Of a DNA stretch of 64,000 nucleotides, positions 32,982 to 45,040 are shown piece after piece. Within the stretch, counting starts at the first letter, position 1. Each line of letters opens with the position of its first letter. The stretch comes from Eledone cirrhosa (Eukaryota): assembly GCA_964016885.1 (NCBI GenBank), contig OZ024740.1, positions 163,060,001 through 163,124,000 on the forward strand. Reading direction: 5' to 3'. Position numbers and translations under genes: made by a program. Below the pieces are notes generated by a model that searched no databases, was not told the origin of the DNA, and saw only the letters and a list, made by a program, of their open reading frames with translations.

Positions 32982-35000
32982 ATCATCATCATCATCATCA
33001 TCAACGTTTAACGTCCGTGTTCCACGCTTGCATGGGTTTGGACGGGGGTAGTCCCACTTGAGGCAAGAGTGATTGTCTTGCTCGCATAGGACTGTCTGGC
33101 AGGTTTTCTACAGTTGGATGCCCTTCCTAACACCAACCACATTTACAGTGTGGGTCTGGGAGGTTTTTACCGTGTTGCCTACACGGCCACATTACAGCGT
33201 GGACTGTGTGTTTTTTTGTCGTGACACCTACACGATCTCATTTGTTTCGGCCCGGATGGCGCGGCACCAACATAACTTTACATAGGACGGGGTGGTGTGG
33301 ATGGGGTGGGGGTGGTGGTGGTGGGACGGGGTGTATTTTGTTAGAGATGCCTACTGGCAAGGCGGGTCTTCTCTGTTACTGAGTACCGCCAAAGGTCTCG
33401 GTCCAGTGACATTGTCTTGGAGAGGTGTAAGTGTGTGAGGTCGGAGTTTATCAGCTCGTCCCAGGTTTTTCTAGGTCTGCCTATTCCGTGGCTACCGTCT
33501 ATCTTTATTGCCCTGCACTTTGTTATACAGCTATCGACTTTCATGCGCATCACGTGTCCATACCAACGTAGCCTTCTCTCGAGTAAACAACATCTGATCC
33601 CTCTTATCTCTAATTTTTTCCTTAGTTCGTTTATGCTTTGCCGTTCACGTATATTACTGTTACACATCCAGCGGAGCATGCAAGCTTCGTTCCTCTCTAG
33701 TCTGCGTATATCCTCTGCACACAATGCCCAGGTCTCACTGCCATGCAACATTGCTGTTCGTATGCAGGCATCGTACAACCTGCCTTTCATTTTTAGGGAG
33801 AACCCTTTAGCAGCTAATAGTGGTATAAGCTCTCTGAACTTTTTCCAACCAGTTCTGACTCTAGCTACAGTACTTTCAGAGCACCCTCCCCCACTGCTGA
33901 TTTTATCGCCCAGGTAACGGAAGCTGTCCACTATTTCTATAGAACCCTCTGCGCAATTGAAAGAGCTAGTATTGTGTGGGCACTTGCTGCTACTTATTGC
34001 ACCAGAACACCGGCCACATGTAAAATCTATGTTCTTAGTTAGCTTACCTGTGATCCCACTACATCTTTTATGCACCCATACTTTGCATTTAGGACACAAA
34101 ATGGAGTTTCTACCTACGCCTTTCCTACACACCGAGCACGACCATTTCCCAGAAGGGACCGCCGCCTTGTTTTCTTTCCTACAAACTAGAACTTTGGTCT
34201 TAGCCAGGTTAATTTTAAGTCCTTTTGACTCTAGGCCGTGCTTCCATGTTTGGAATTTCTTCTCTAGCTCGGCCATTGATTCCGCTATGAGTGTCAGGTC
34301 GTCTGCGTATAGGAGTTCCCATGGGCAGCCTGTCTTGAACTCCTCTGTTATAGCCTGAAGGGCAATAATAAATAGTAGGGGGCTGAGAACAGAGCCCTGA
34401 TGGACGCCAACTTTTACGCTAAACTCTTCACTATATTCGTTGTTAATTCTAACCTTGCTGACTGTTTCTTTATACATGGCTTGTATAGCCCTCACAAGCC
34501 ATTCGTCAACGCCTAGTTTTCTAAGAGCCCACCAGATAATGGAGCGGGGGACTCTGTCGAAGGCTTTCTCCAAGTCGACAAAAGCTAAGTAGAGGGGTTT
34601 ACCTTTAGCTAGGTACTTCTCCTGTAGTTGTCGTACTATGAAAAGAGCGTCTGTGGTACTTTTGCCTGACACAAACCCGAACTGCATTTCATCTAGGTCA
34701 ATTCTCTCTCTGATTAGTTGCGCTATTACTTTTTCTGTGACCTTCATGACCTGGTCGATTAATTTAATGCCTCTATAATTACTCCTATCTAGGGCGTCTC
34801 CTTTACCCTTATAACAGTTAACGATGATGCTGCTATGCCAGTCCTTCGGAACAGCCCCATTCTGTACGACTTGGTTAACTATGCGGGTGACCATGGTGTG
34901 TCCCACCGTGCCAGATGCCTTCAGCATCTCAGCAACTATTTCCGAAGGCCCAGCCGCCTTACCTGTCTTCATATCCTTGATTGCCTTACTTATTATACTC
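32982..35000 (-). mobile_element. RTE subfamily B, 5'-truncated, RT-PHD ORF uninterrupted
   Basis: ORF 33341-35000; near-identical to 63150-64000 over their overlap. Confidence 0.95.
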
Positions 35001-35278
35001 ATATATACATATATATATACATATATATACATATATATATACATATATATATACATATACATATATGTATACATATATATATACATATACATATATGTAT
35101 ATATACATATATATACATATACATATATGTATATATACATATATATACATATATATATATGTATATATACATATATATACATATATATATATGTATATAT
35201 ACATATATATATATGTATATATACATATATATACATATATATATACATATATATACATATATATATATGTATATATAT

Positions 35279-35725
35279 ATCATCATCATCATCAACGTTT
35301 AACGTCCGTGTTCCACGCTTGCATGGGTTTGGACGGGGGTAGTCCCACTTGAGGCAAGAGTGATTGTCTTGCTCGCATAGGACTGTCTGGCAGGTTTTCT
35401 ACAGTTGGATGCCCTTCCTAACACCAACCACATTTACAGTGTGGGTCTGGGAGGTTTTTACCGTGTTGCCTACACGGCCACATTACAGCGTGGACTGTGT
35501 GTTTTTTTGTCGTGACACCTACACGATCTCATTTGTTTCGGCCTCGATGGCGCGGCACCAACATAACTTTACATAGAACGGGGTGGTGTGGATCGGGTGG
35601 GGGTGGTGGTGGTGGGACGGGGTGTATTTTGTTAAGTTTTGGATTGCGTTTGGGGGTTGGGGGCGGTGAGGGGCGGGGGGCGATGGGGTTATGTTAGCCG
35701 TCCGCGGTCGAAACAATGAGGAGTA
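35279..35725 (-). mobile_element. Internally deleted RTE-B-like element (ORF start fused to 3' UTR)
   Basis: 35634-35725 is homologous to 61674-61763; the remainder is subfamily B 3' UTR. Confidence 0.8.
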
Positions 35726-35816
35726 TATATACATATATGTATATATACATATATATACATATATATATATATACATACATATATGTATATATATATATAT
35801 ATATACATATATGTAT

Positions 35817-37327
35817 GCTTAATTCGCCATGGGGCCCGGGGCGCGGCCGGTGTTTTAACCGCCAAATAGTACCTTTAAATTACAGAACAAATCGGAACTA
35901 TTATATATATCAACCTGAAACTGTTGAGCTTTAAATTTTCTAACCTCTTTAATATGGAATATTGATTATTAATTTATTAATTTTTTAACTTCATCCTATA
36001 AGTCTAAACATTGTAACACACTGACCCCCAATATATTCACCTCTGCTAAGATGCGAGTCCCTGTGAAAATTTTGTCGCGCCACTCCTGGCCCGACTGTGG
36101 TGTGACATTAATATCGACCTTCCTTCCTCTCTCTTTCTATCTTCCTTCTTGTAGCTATCAACCATTACTCTTTTACTTCTCTAAGAAAAATTTTAAAGTT
36201 CCAACTTTCTGTCGGACTGTTGGGTGGGTTTTAATGGCGGCGCGACCGGCTCCCTGGCGAACGAGCTCACCTGGAGTGCTTGGAAAAATAAATTTCCCCT
36301 TCTTTCAGTAAATGAAAATACTCGGCGTGGCTTAATTCGCCATGGGGCCCGGGGCGCGGCCGGTGTTTTAACCGCCAAATAGTACCTTTAAATTACAGAA
36401 CAAATCGGAACTATTATATAATTAAATGTTAAACTGTTGAACTTTAAATTTTCTAACCTCTTTAATATTGAATATTGATTATTAATTTTTTTAACTTCAT
36501 CCTAGAAGTCTAAACACTGTAAAACACTGACTCCCAATATATTCATCTCTGCTAAGATGCGGGTCCCTGTGAAAATTTTCTCGCGCCACTCCTGGCTTGA
36601 CTGTGGTCTGACATTAATATCGACCTTTCTTCCTCTTTCTTTCTATCTTCCTTCTTGTAGCCATCAACCCTTACTTTTCTACTTCTCTCTTCCCTTCCTT
36701 CTCTTCTCCCCTCCCCCTGTCCTCCTCCCGCAGACTTATCTTCCTTCCCCCTCTTGCTTGCCTATATCTGACCAGTAGTAGTTGCCTTCCTCTTTTAGCT
36801 GACATTAACCCTGGCTTCTCTTATTCTTTCTTCCCCCTTCTTCTCTCTCCTTCCTTTCTTTCTTTCTTTTACCTTGTGTCATGGGATCGACGTTAACCTA
36901 TGCTCCCATCCCTTTCTGTTTTCGTTCATCTGACCGGTAGTAGCATACTGTAAAATTTAGCCACGTCACTCCAGGGCGACCGGCTGAGGTTGAAGGAACA
37001 GAATAGCGGTCGCCCTCGGGTCTCGATTTTCAGCCCCATGGATTTTACCTATTACATTCACGTATTATATTTTGAATACCTGATGATATCACCGGATTCA
37101 TACGGAACCCGGTCATTGAAATGATCATAGTATAATAAACCTTTCAAGGATTTACACAAATCCAGCCTCCTGTCATTTCATTATAATATTTAACTCCGTA
37201 ATAGCACCACCAACTACAAAAACAAAGACGGTTGAACTGCTTTACGTTGAGTACTCTCTATATTATTGCATTACGATTGACCATACGGAATAGACCAGCT
37301 CTATACAGTGGTGAACCTCAAACCTGA

Positions 37328-37328
<1 letters not shown>
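35817..37328 (+). mobile_element. PLE-type non-coding 3' region with a direct duplication of about 360 bp
   Basis: 35817-36181 repeated at 36329-36685; hammerhead downstream. Confidence 0.6.
37076..37133 (+). ncRNA. Type I hammerhead ribozyme
   Basis: ATAC-CTGATGA-T-ATCACCGG...CCGGTCAT-T-GAAA-TGATCA-TA-GTAT; palindrome ATGATCAT. Confidence 0.8.
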
Positions 37329-37360
<32 letters not shown>

Positions 37361-37482
37361 TATACATATATGTATATATATATATATATATACATACATA
37401 TATGTATATATATATATATATACATATATGTATATATATATATATACATATATGTATATATATATATATATATACATATATG

Positions 37483-37522
<40 letters not shown>

Positions 37523-37590
37523 TACATATATGTATATATATATATATATATACATATATGTATATATATATATATATATATACATATATG

Positions 37591-37660
<70 letters not shown>

Positions 37661-37662
37661 CA

Positions 37663-37722
<60 letters not shown>

Positions 37723-37724
37723 CA

Positions 37725-37800
<76 letters not shown>

Positions 37801-38233
37801 CATATACATATATGTATACATATATATATATATATATATACATATATGTATATATATATATATATACATATATGTATATATATATATATACATATATGTA
37901 TATATATATATACATATATATATACATATACATATATGTATACATATACATATGTGTATATATATATATATATAGTTAAAAGAATAGAGGTGTAACACAC
38001 AAGTTATTATATATTGGTAAACGGAATAGAAAATGCTGACAAATTGTTCACAGTTGAAAAATGGTTTAATTAGGAATAAAAGAGTATTAGTGATTGTATG
38101 GGTTAGTATTCAGTTGTGGTTTTAAGTTTTTAAGTTTTTACCGGTTGCGCATTTCTAAATGCTTTTCAAAAATAATTTTGAGATAGAGTGTCCGTGCTGT
38201 TTGCTCTGATCTGATTAGTTTTGGGAATTCTAC

Positions 38234-38690
38234 CTGTTTTTATGTTAAAAAAGTGGCTCCAGCATTAATTTTGTGTTGCAAAAATTCTTGTGGTCAAAAC
38301 AATTTTGATTGGTCGGTAGAGGTCATGTGAATGTAAAAAGTTGATTTTGCGCCAAGACTGTTTTTATGTTAAAAAAGTGGCTCCAGCAAAAATTCTTCTT
38401 CAAAACAATTTTGATTGGTCGGTAGAGGTCATGTGAATAAAAAATTGGTTTTGCGCCAAGATTGAGAAATGACTCTTTCACAACAAATATGTGTGTGTGT
38501 GTGTGTGTGTGTGTGTAGTAGTAGTAGTAGTAAGGTGTTCGATGCTGCGACAATGGCCAGCAGCGATGTGTGTCAAATGGCTATTAAGATAAGTGTGTGT
38601 GTGTGTATAGCAGAGTGATTCGTGGTGGTAGGGTTGGTCAGTAAGAATGTGTCTGAAAGCAATGGGGGGTATTTTAGCATGTCAAAAGAT

Positions 38691-38727
<37 letters not shown>

Positions 38728-38810
38728 GCAGAGTAATTTGTGGTGGCAGGGATGGTCAGTAAGAATGTGTCTGAAAGCAATGGTGGGTATTTTAGCATGT
38801 CAAAAGATAT
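38234..38810. repeat. Two local tandem duplications (units about 100-125 bp)
   Basis: ttaaaaaagtggctccagca twice; cagtaagaatgtgtctgaaagc twice. Confidence 0.75.
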
Positions 38811-38943
38811 TTTTCAGCTTTTGTCTTATACAGAGAAGTGCGTGTGTGTGTGTGTGTGTGTATATATAAGTCTCTTTGTATGTTGATGTACGCGTGTGTA
38901 TGTGTTTGTGTATATATATATGTGTGTGGGTGTGTGTGTGTGT

Positions 38944-38979
<36 letters not shown>

Positions 38980-39298
38980 ACCAGTATTTTTTTCCCCCTG
39001 GTAAAATGGTCTACATTATTCGATTTTTTCAGTAAAATCGGTTCTCTTAATAGAACATCAAAAATCTTAACAATAAAAGGTGTGAAATGATATTCACTAT
39101 ATATATATACACATACATATATTCACTACATATATATATATATATATATACATATATACATACATATATATGCACATATATTTCTTTGTATTGCACCATA
39201 GAGCATGTGTGTTTACGTGTGTCATTGTGTTTATATGTGGGTAGAGATGTGTGCTGATGTAGGTATGTATGTTGACGTGTGTATGTTGTGGGTTCGTC

Positions 39299-39617
39299 TT
39301 AGGGAGAAGTGTTTAGACGGGGTCCATATTTGTTAATGAAGTAAGATTCCTTGCTGATGCGCTGGGTGTGGGTGGCATTATCTTTAAATTTGTAGAGGGG
39401 AAAGATTCTGAAGTTGGGATGATTTTGGGCGGCACAGGTATCAATGTGTTCACTCAGTGGTATTTTCCTGTATTCCCGTATTTTCATTTGGGATCTATGG
39501 ATAGTCATGCGTTGGCGGAGGCTGTTTTGGGTCTGGCCTATGTATTGTTCTCGACAACCTGAACAAGTTAATACATATATTAGATTTTCCGATGCACATG
39601 TGAAATTGTGTTTTACT
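39299..39617 (-). mobile_element. PLE GIY-YIG endonuclease fragment, Neptune-like
   Basis: [33 protein letters not shown]. Confidence 0.85.
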
Positions 39618-40471
39618 ATATATATATATATATACATATATGTATATATATATATATATACACATATATACATATATGTATACATATACATACACATATA
39701 TATACATATACATACACATATATATACATATACATATATGTATACATATACATACACATATATATACATATACATATATGTATACATATACATACACATA
39801 TATATACATATACATATATGTATAGATATACATACACATATATATACATATACATATATGTATACATATATATATACATATACATATATGTATACATATA
39901 CATACACATATATATATACATATACATATATGTATACATATACATACACATATATATACATATACATATATGTATAGATATACATACACATATATATACA
40001 TATACATATATGTATACATATATATATACATATACATATATGTATACATATACATACACATATATATACATATACATATATGTATACATATACATATATA
40101 TATACATATATGTATATATATATATATATACATATATGTATATATATATATACATATATATATACATATACATATATGTATACATATATATATACATATA
40201 CATATATGTATGTATACATATATATACATATATATATATATACATATATGTATACATATATATATATACATACATATATATATACATATATATATATATA
40301 CATATATGTATATATATATATATATACATACATATATATATACATATATATATATATACATACATATATGTATATATATATATATACATATATGTATATA
40401 TATATATACATATACATATACATATATACATATACATATACATATATGTATACATATACATATATGTATAT

Positions 40472-40505
<34 letters not shown>

Positions 40506-40638
40506 ATACATATATGTATATATAGATATATATATGTATATATATACATATATGTATATATAGATATATATATGTATATATATACCTATATATATATATA
40601 CATATATATATACATAGATATATATATACATATATATA

Positions 40639-41041
40639 TGGTGGCTGCCAACTCGTTTTCGAGTACGGCCACTACTTTATATCCATGTAGGAGAACACCT
40701 ACCAATGCGCTGAACGAGTGTGACTTTTTAGTCCAGCCAGCGACTTGAAAACTCTGGTACAAACACTACACCTGTGACAATTATTGACACAGTGCTGGGC
40801 CCATGGTACCATGTGACGACAAGTGCAGAGAGATCAGAGATCTCCAGATATAAAGCAATGCCTGTACCGTGAAGCTTTTATAGTGAGCAAAGGCACTGCA
40901 CAAAGCCAGTCCCACTCTCTTAACCAAGATAATATTTACCAAAAAGAAGAACAAGTCAACATCATTGGATACCATCAAGGTTGCAGGTGTTATATCAGAG
41001 TTTTCCTTCTCCTAGAATTCTGCCTTGACAAAGGCTAAGGG
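40639..41041 (-). mobile_element. Bipartite RTE derivative, copy 3
   Basis: High identity to 25762-26160. Confidence 0.8.
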
Positions 41042-41958
41042 GTATTTTAATTATGTCTCATATAAAATAATACAACTGGCTATCCGCAAAATACATATAG
41101 TTAGCACCCCAAACGTAAAATTGGGATTATACTAAGGTATATCCTAATGTTTATTGAGTGAGATGGAAGCCAGTCAGAGTATAGCTTAAGGCTTTCTCTG
41201 TTAATGTATTAAATATTATACTCTTGATTTGGCCAGAGATGAATATTTCCAGATACCTTTTAAGTGTAACTTTCCGTTTTATTATTACTATCAAATATTG
41301 ATTGTTATTCTGGTATCATATCTCTGTTTTTAGCCTAAGAAAATACCTATATGCGTGTATAAACAATACATGCATATATTTTTTTTTTTTAAATCTAATT
41401 GAGTTCTTCACACGCAGGGTTAAAATTATTGAAAAAAATTAATTGACCCTTTCTTATGAAAAAAATTAATTGACCCTTTCTTATGTTTCGCGATGACCTC
41501 CCCTTTCCGCTTGATGACAGTGTGAAATTTCTCATTCTGAGACTGCTGGAATTTCAAATTTGGCGGTCATTCTGATATGGACAGGGACCATCGCTGAACG
41601 TTAGATTGGATATCGGTAAGAAGGTTTTCTTTATATCGATGTTTGACGGGCATCCACTGATGATTTATAAGTGCCCACCTGCATATATTCCTACGGACTA
41701 TGTGAAGGCTTCTACATAACCTGGACATATTTTTCCCAACTTGTAGAAAACTTATAATGAAACAATTGTTTGGAAAATGAGATGTATTTTAATTATGTCT
41801 CATATAAAATAATACAACTGGCTATCCGCAAAATACATATAGTTAGCACCCCAAACGTAAAATTGAGATTATACTAAGGTATATCCTTATGTTTGTTGAG
41901 TGAGATGGAAACCAGTCAGAGTATAGCTTAAGGCTTTCTCTGTTAATGTATTAAATAT
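41042..41958 (+). mobile_element. Non-coding, terminally redundant hammerhead element (retrozyme/PLE-like)
   Basis: Direct repeats 41042-41216 and 41784-41958, period 742 bp; no listed ORF in the body. Confidence 0.7.
41653..41774 (+). ncRNA. Type I hammerhead with stem II insert of about 77 nt
   Basis: TCCA-CTGATGA-T-TTATAAGT...ACTTATAA-T-GAAA-CAATTG-TT-TGGA. Confidence 0.85.
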
Positions 41959-42031
41959 ATACATATATATATGTATACATATATACATATATATATATAC
42001 ATATATATATTCATATATATGTATACATATA

Positions 42032-42363
42032 CAGGGTACCCGACCTCCCATGGGTACATGCTGAAGCATATAAATAATATGCCCCCCCCCCCCCCCCCCC
42101 CCACCGCAAGGTGGTCGTGGAGGTGCCACGGCAAAAAAGCACCCAGCCCACACTGTAAAGTGGACGTGTAGGCGCCACGAAAAAGCACCCAGCACTCACT
42201 GTAAATGAGGTTGGTGTTAGGAAGGGCATCCAGCTGTAGAAATCAAGCCAGATCAGTTCCTGTATGAGCAAGGCATGGTCAGCCGACCAGACACTGCCCA
42301 CAACAGGACAACCCGTCTAACCCATGCTAGCGTGGAAGAACGGACGTAAAACGGTGATGATGA
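42032..42363 (+). mobile_element. RTE subfamily A 3' UTR
   Basis: Reverse-complement match to 2446-2780. Confidence 0.9.
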
Positions 42364-42611
42364 TATATATATGTATACATATATATATATATACATATAT
42401 ATATGTATACATATATATATATATACATATATATATGTATACATATATATATGTATACATATATATATATACATATATACATATATATATGTATACATAT
42501 ATACATATATATATGTATACATATATACATATATATATGTATACATATATACATATATATATGTATACATATATACATATATATATGTATACATATATAT
42601 ATATATATATG

Positions 42612-42687
<76 letters not shown>

Positions 42688-42689
42688 CA

Positions 42690-43531
42690 TATCATCATCA
42701 TCATCATCATCATCAACGTTTAACGTCCGTGTTCCACGCTTGCATGGGTTTGGACGGGGGTAGTCCCACTTGAGGCAAGAGTGATTGTCTTGCTCGCATA
42801 GGACTGTCTGGCAGGTTTTCTACAGTTGGATACCCTTCCTAACACCAACCACATTTACAGTGTGGGTCTGGGAGGTTTTTACCGTGTTGCCTACATGGCC
42901 ACATTACAGCGTGGACTGTGTGTTTTTTGTCGTGACACCTACACGATCTCATTTGTTTCGGCCTCGATGGCGCGGCACCAACATAACTTTACATAGAACG
43001 TGGTGTTGTGGATGGGGTGGGGGTGGTGGTGGTGGGACGGGGTGTATTTTGTTAGAGATGCCTACTGGCTGGAGTAGGTTTTACTATATATTTAGGTAAG
43101 GCGGGTCTTCTCTGTTACTGAGTACCGCCAAAGGTCTCGGTCCAGTGACATTGTCTTGGAGAGGTGTGTGTGATGTCGGAGTTTATCAGCTCGTCCCAGG
43201 TTTTTCTAGGTCTGCCTATTCCGTGACTACCGTCTATCTTTATTGCCCTGCACTTTGTTATACAGCTATCGACTTTCATGCGCATCACGTGTCCATACCA
43301 ACGTAGCCTTCTCTCGAGTAAACAACATCTGATCCCTCTTATCTCTAATTTTTTCCTTAGTTCGTTTATGCTTTGCCGTTCACGTATATTACTGTTACAC
43401 ATCCAGCGGAGCATGCAAGCTTCGTTCCTCTCTAGTCTGCGTATATCCTCTGCACACAATGCCCAGGTCTCACTGCCATGCAGCATTGCTGTTCGTATGC
43501 AGGCATCGTACAACCTGCCTTTCATTTTTAG
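42690..43531 (-). mobile_element. RTE subfamily B, 5'-truncated
   Basis: MKGRLYDAC...RPRKTWD and 3' UTR. Confidence 0.95.
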
Positions 43532-43552
43532 ATATATATATACATATATATA

Positions 43553-44232
43553 TTCATAGAAAGATTTGAATGGATACAGTTTAGTTGAAAGGAATTTATT
43601 GACACGTGTTTCTATAACAGTTACATAACCTAAAACAGCTGCTATCTACAAACTTTTAGTTATGCAGACATTCAATATTTCAATGTTATTATTTACTGTC
43701 ATTTCATCAGAATAATATTACTGAGGACCTATTTAGTTTTTATAGAGAATATTAGGAGGGAGGGGTGAAGTTGTTAGAAGAATAGTTGAAGGAGTGGTTT
43801 TTCGATAGCAGTGAGAATTCTTGGTGGCAGTGAGTAATTAGATTCCCATCTGTTGTTTTGACATTTTTTATAGAATATATTATTGGTTATTTTTCTAAAT
43901 CTATAGAAGGATTAGAGATAGTAAAGATATGCGTGGTTGGTTTTGTGTTTGCACTTAATTAACATTCAGACTTAAATTTTTTCTTTCAAGTGTAAGTATC
44001 CTTTCACCCACGCATTCACACACATATATTTGCACACCTCTACAAAATACATATACTCACAATTCACATATTCATACTTACATATATATACACATGCATA
44101 CACATATATATACACACATGTATTCATGTACATACATACGCGCTCATGTGTATACATTTTCATACTCAACTTATCTTTATATACACACGTATAGACACAC
44201 ACATATATACATACATACTCTAGTCCATGTGT

Positions 44233-44283
<51 letters not shown>

Positions 44284-45040
44284 AGCACTTAAATACATGA
44301 ATACACTTACATCTAACTATACACATCAAACATATATATATATTTACTTATTTATATACATTTTCACATATATATACATACTTATGGACGTTTTTAGACA
44401 CATTCATTATCGCATATTTGCACCTATTCTCATCAGCATATCTTTCCATTATTAGTGTGGTAATTTAAGGTTATTAATATATGTTGAGAAGAGATTGTTT
44501 TTATATTTTTCTAACTAGATTAAGGTTTATATAGTTGGGGGATGTCCCTCTTTTATGTAATATTCGGCTTGTAGTGGGAAAAAAGGGTTTTAGTTCTGTG
44601 ACGGCAGAATAATGTTCGTTCAATTCTGTTATTCAGCAGTTTCTTCTTGTGTGTGATTATGTAATAAATCTCAAGATTACATAATTTGCAGAAATTTTGG
44701 CTCCTGGAAAAGCTTTGGGTTTTAGCTAATTTCTCCCATTTTAGGGTAAACTTTTGATCGCTATCCCTGAGCGTCCAAGCTTTTTCTGCTAAAGTTGTTA
44801 CATTTCTTTGGCTCTGGTGTTTTATTGAGTAAGAATGCCTATACAATCGAGATTTAAACAACAGAATTGAACGAACATTATTCTGCCGTCACAGAACTTT
44901 TTTCCCACTACAAGCCGAATATTACATAAAAGAGGGACATCCCCCAACTATATAAACCTTAATCTAGTTAGAAAAATATAAAAACAATCTCTTCTCAACA
45001 TATATTAATAACCTTAAACACCAACATATATTAATAACCT
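43553..45040 (-). mobile_element. PLE 3' end (GIY-YIG tail 44553-44861) with inverted arm
   Basis: FKSRLYRH..TTLA..CKLCNLE; 44860-45018 is the reverse complement of 44463-44630. Confidence 0.85.
43596..43715 (-). ncRNA. Type I hammerhead with large stem II insert
   Basis: TTATT-CTGATGA-A-ATGACAGT...ACTGTTAT-A-GAAA-CACGTG-TC-AATAA. Confidence 0.8.

Noticed and set aside
38141-38180. Minus-strand TTGAAAA...GAAATGCGCA
   Set aside because: No credible stem II or NUH site.
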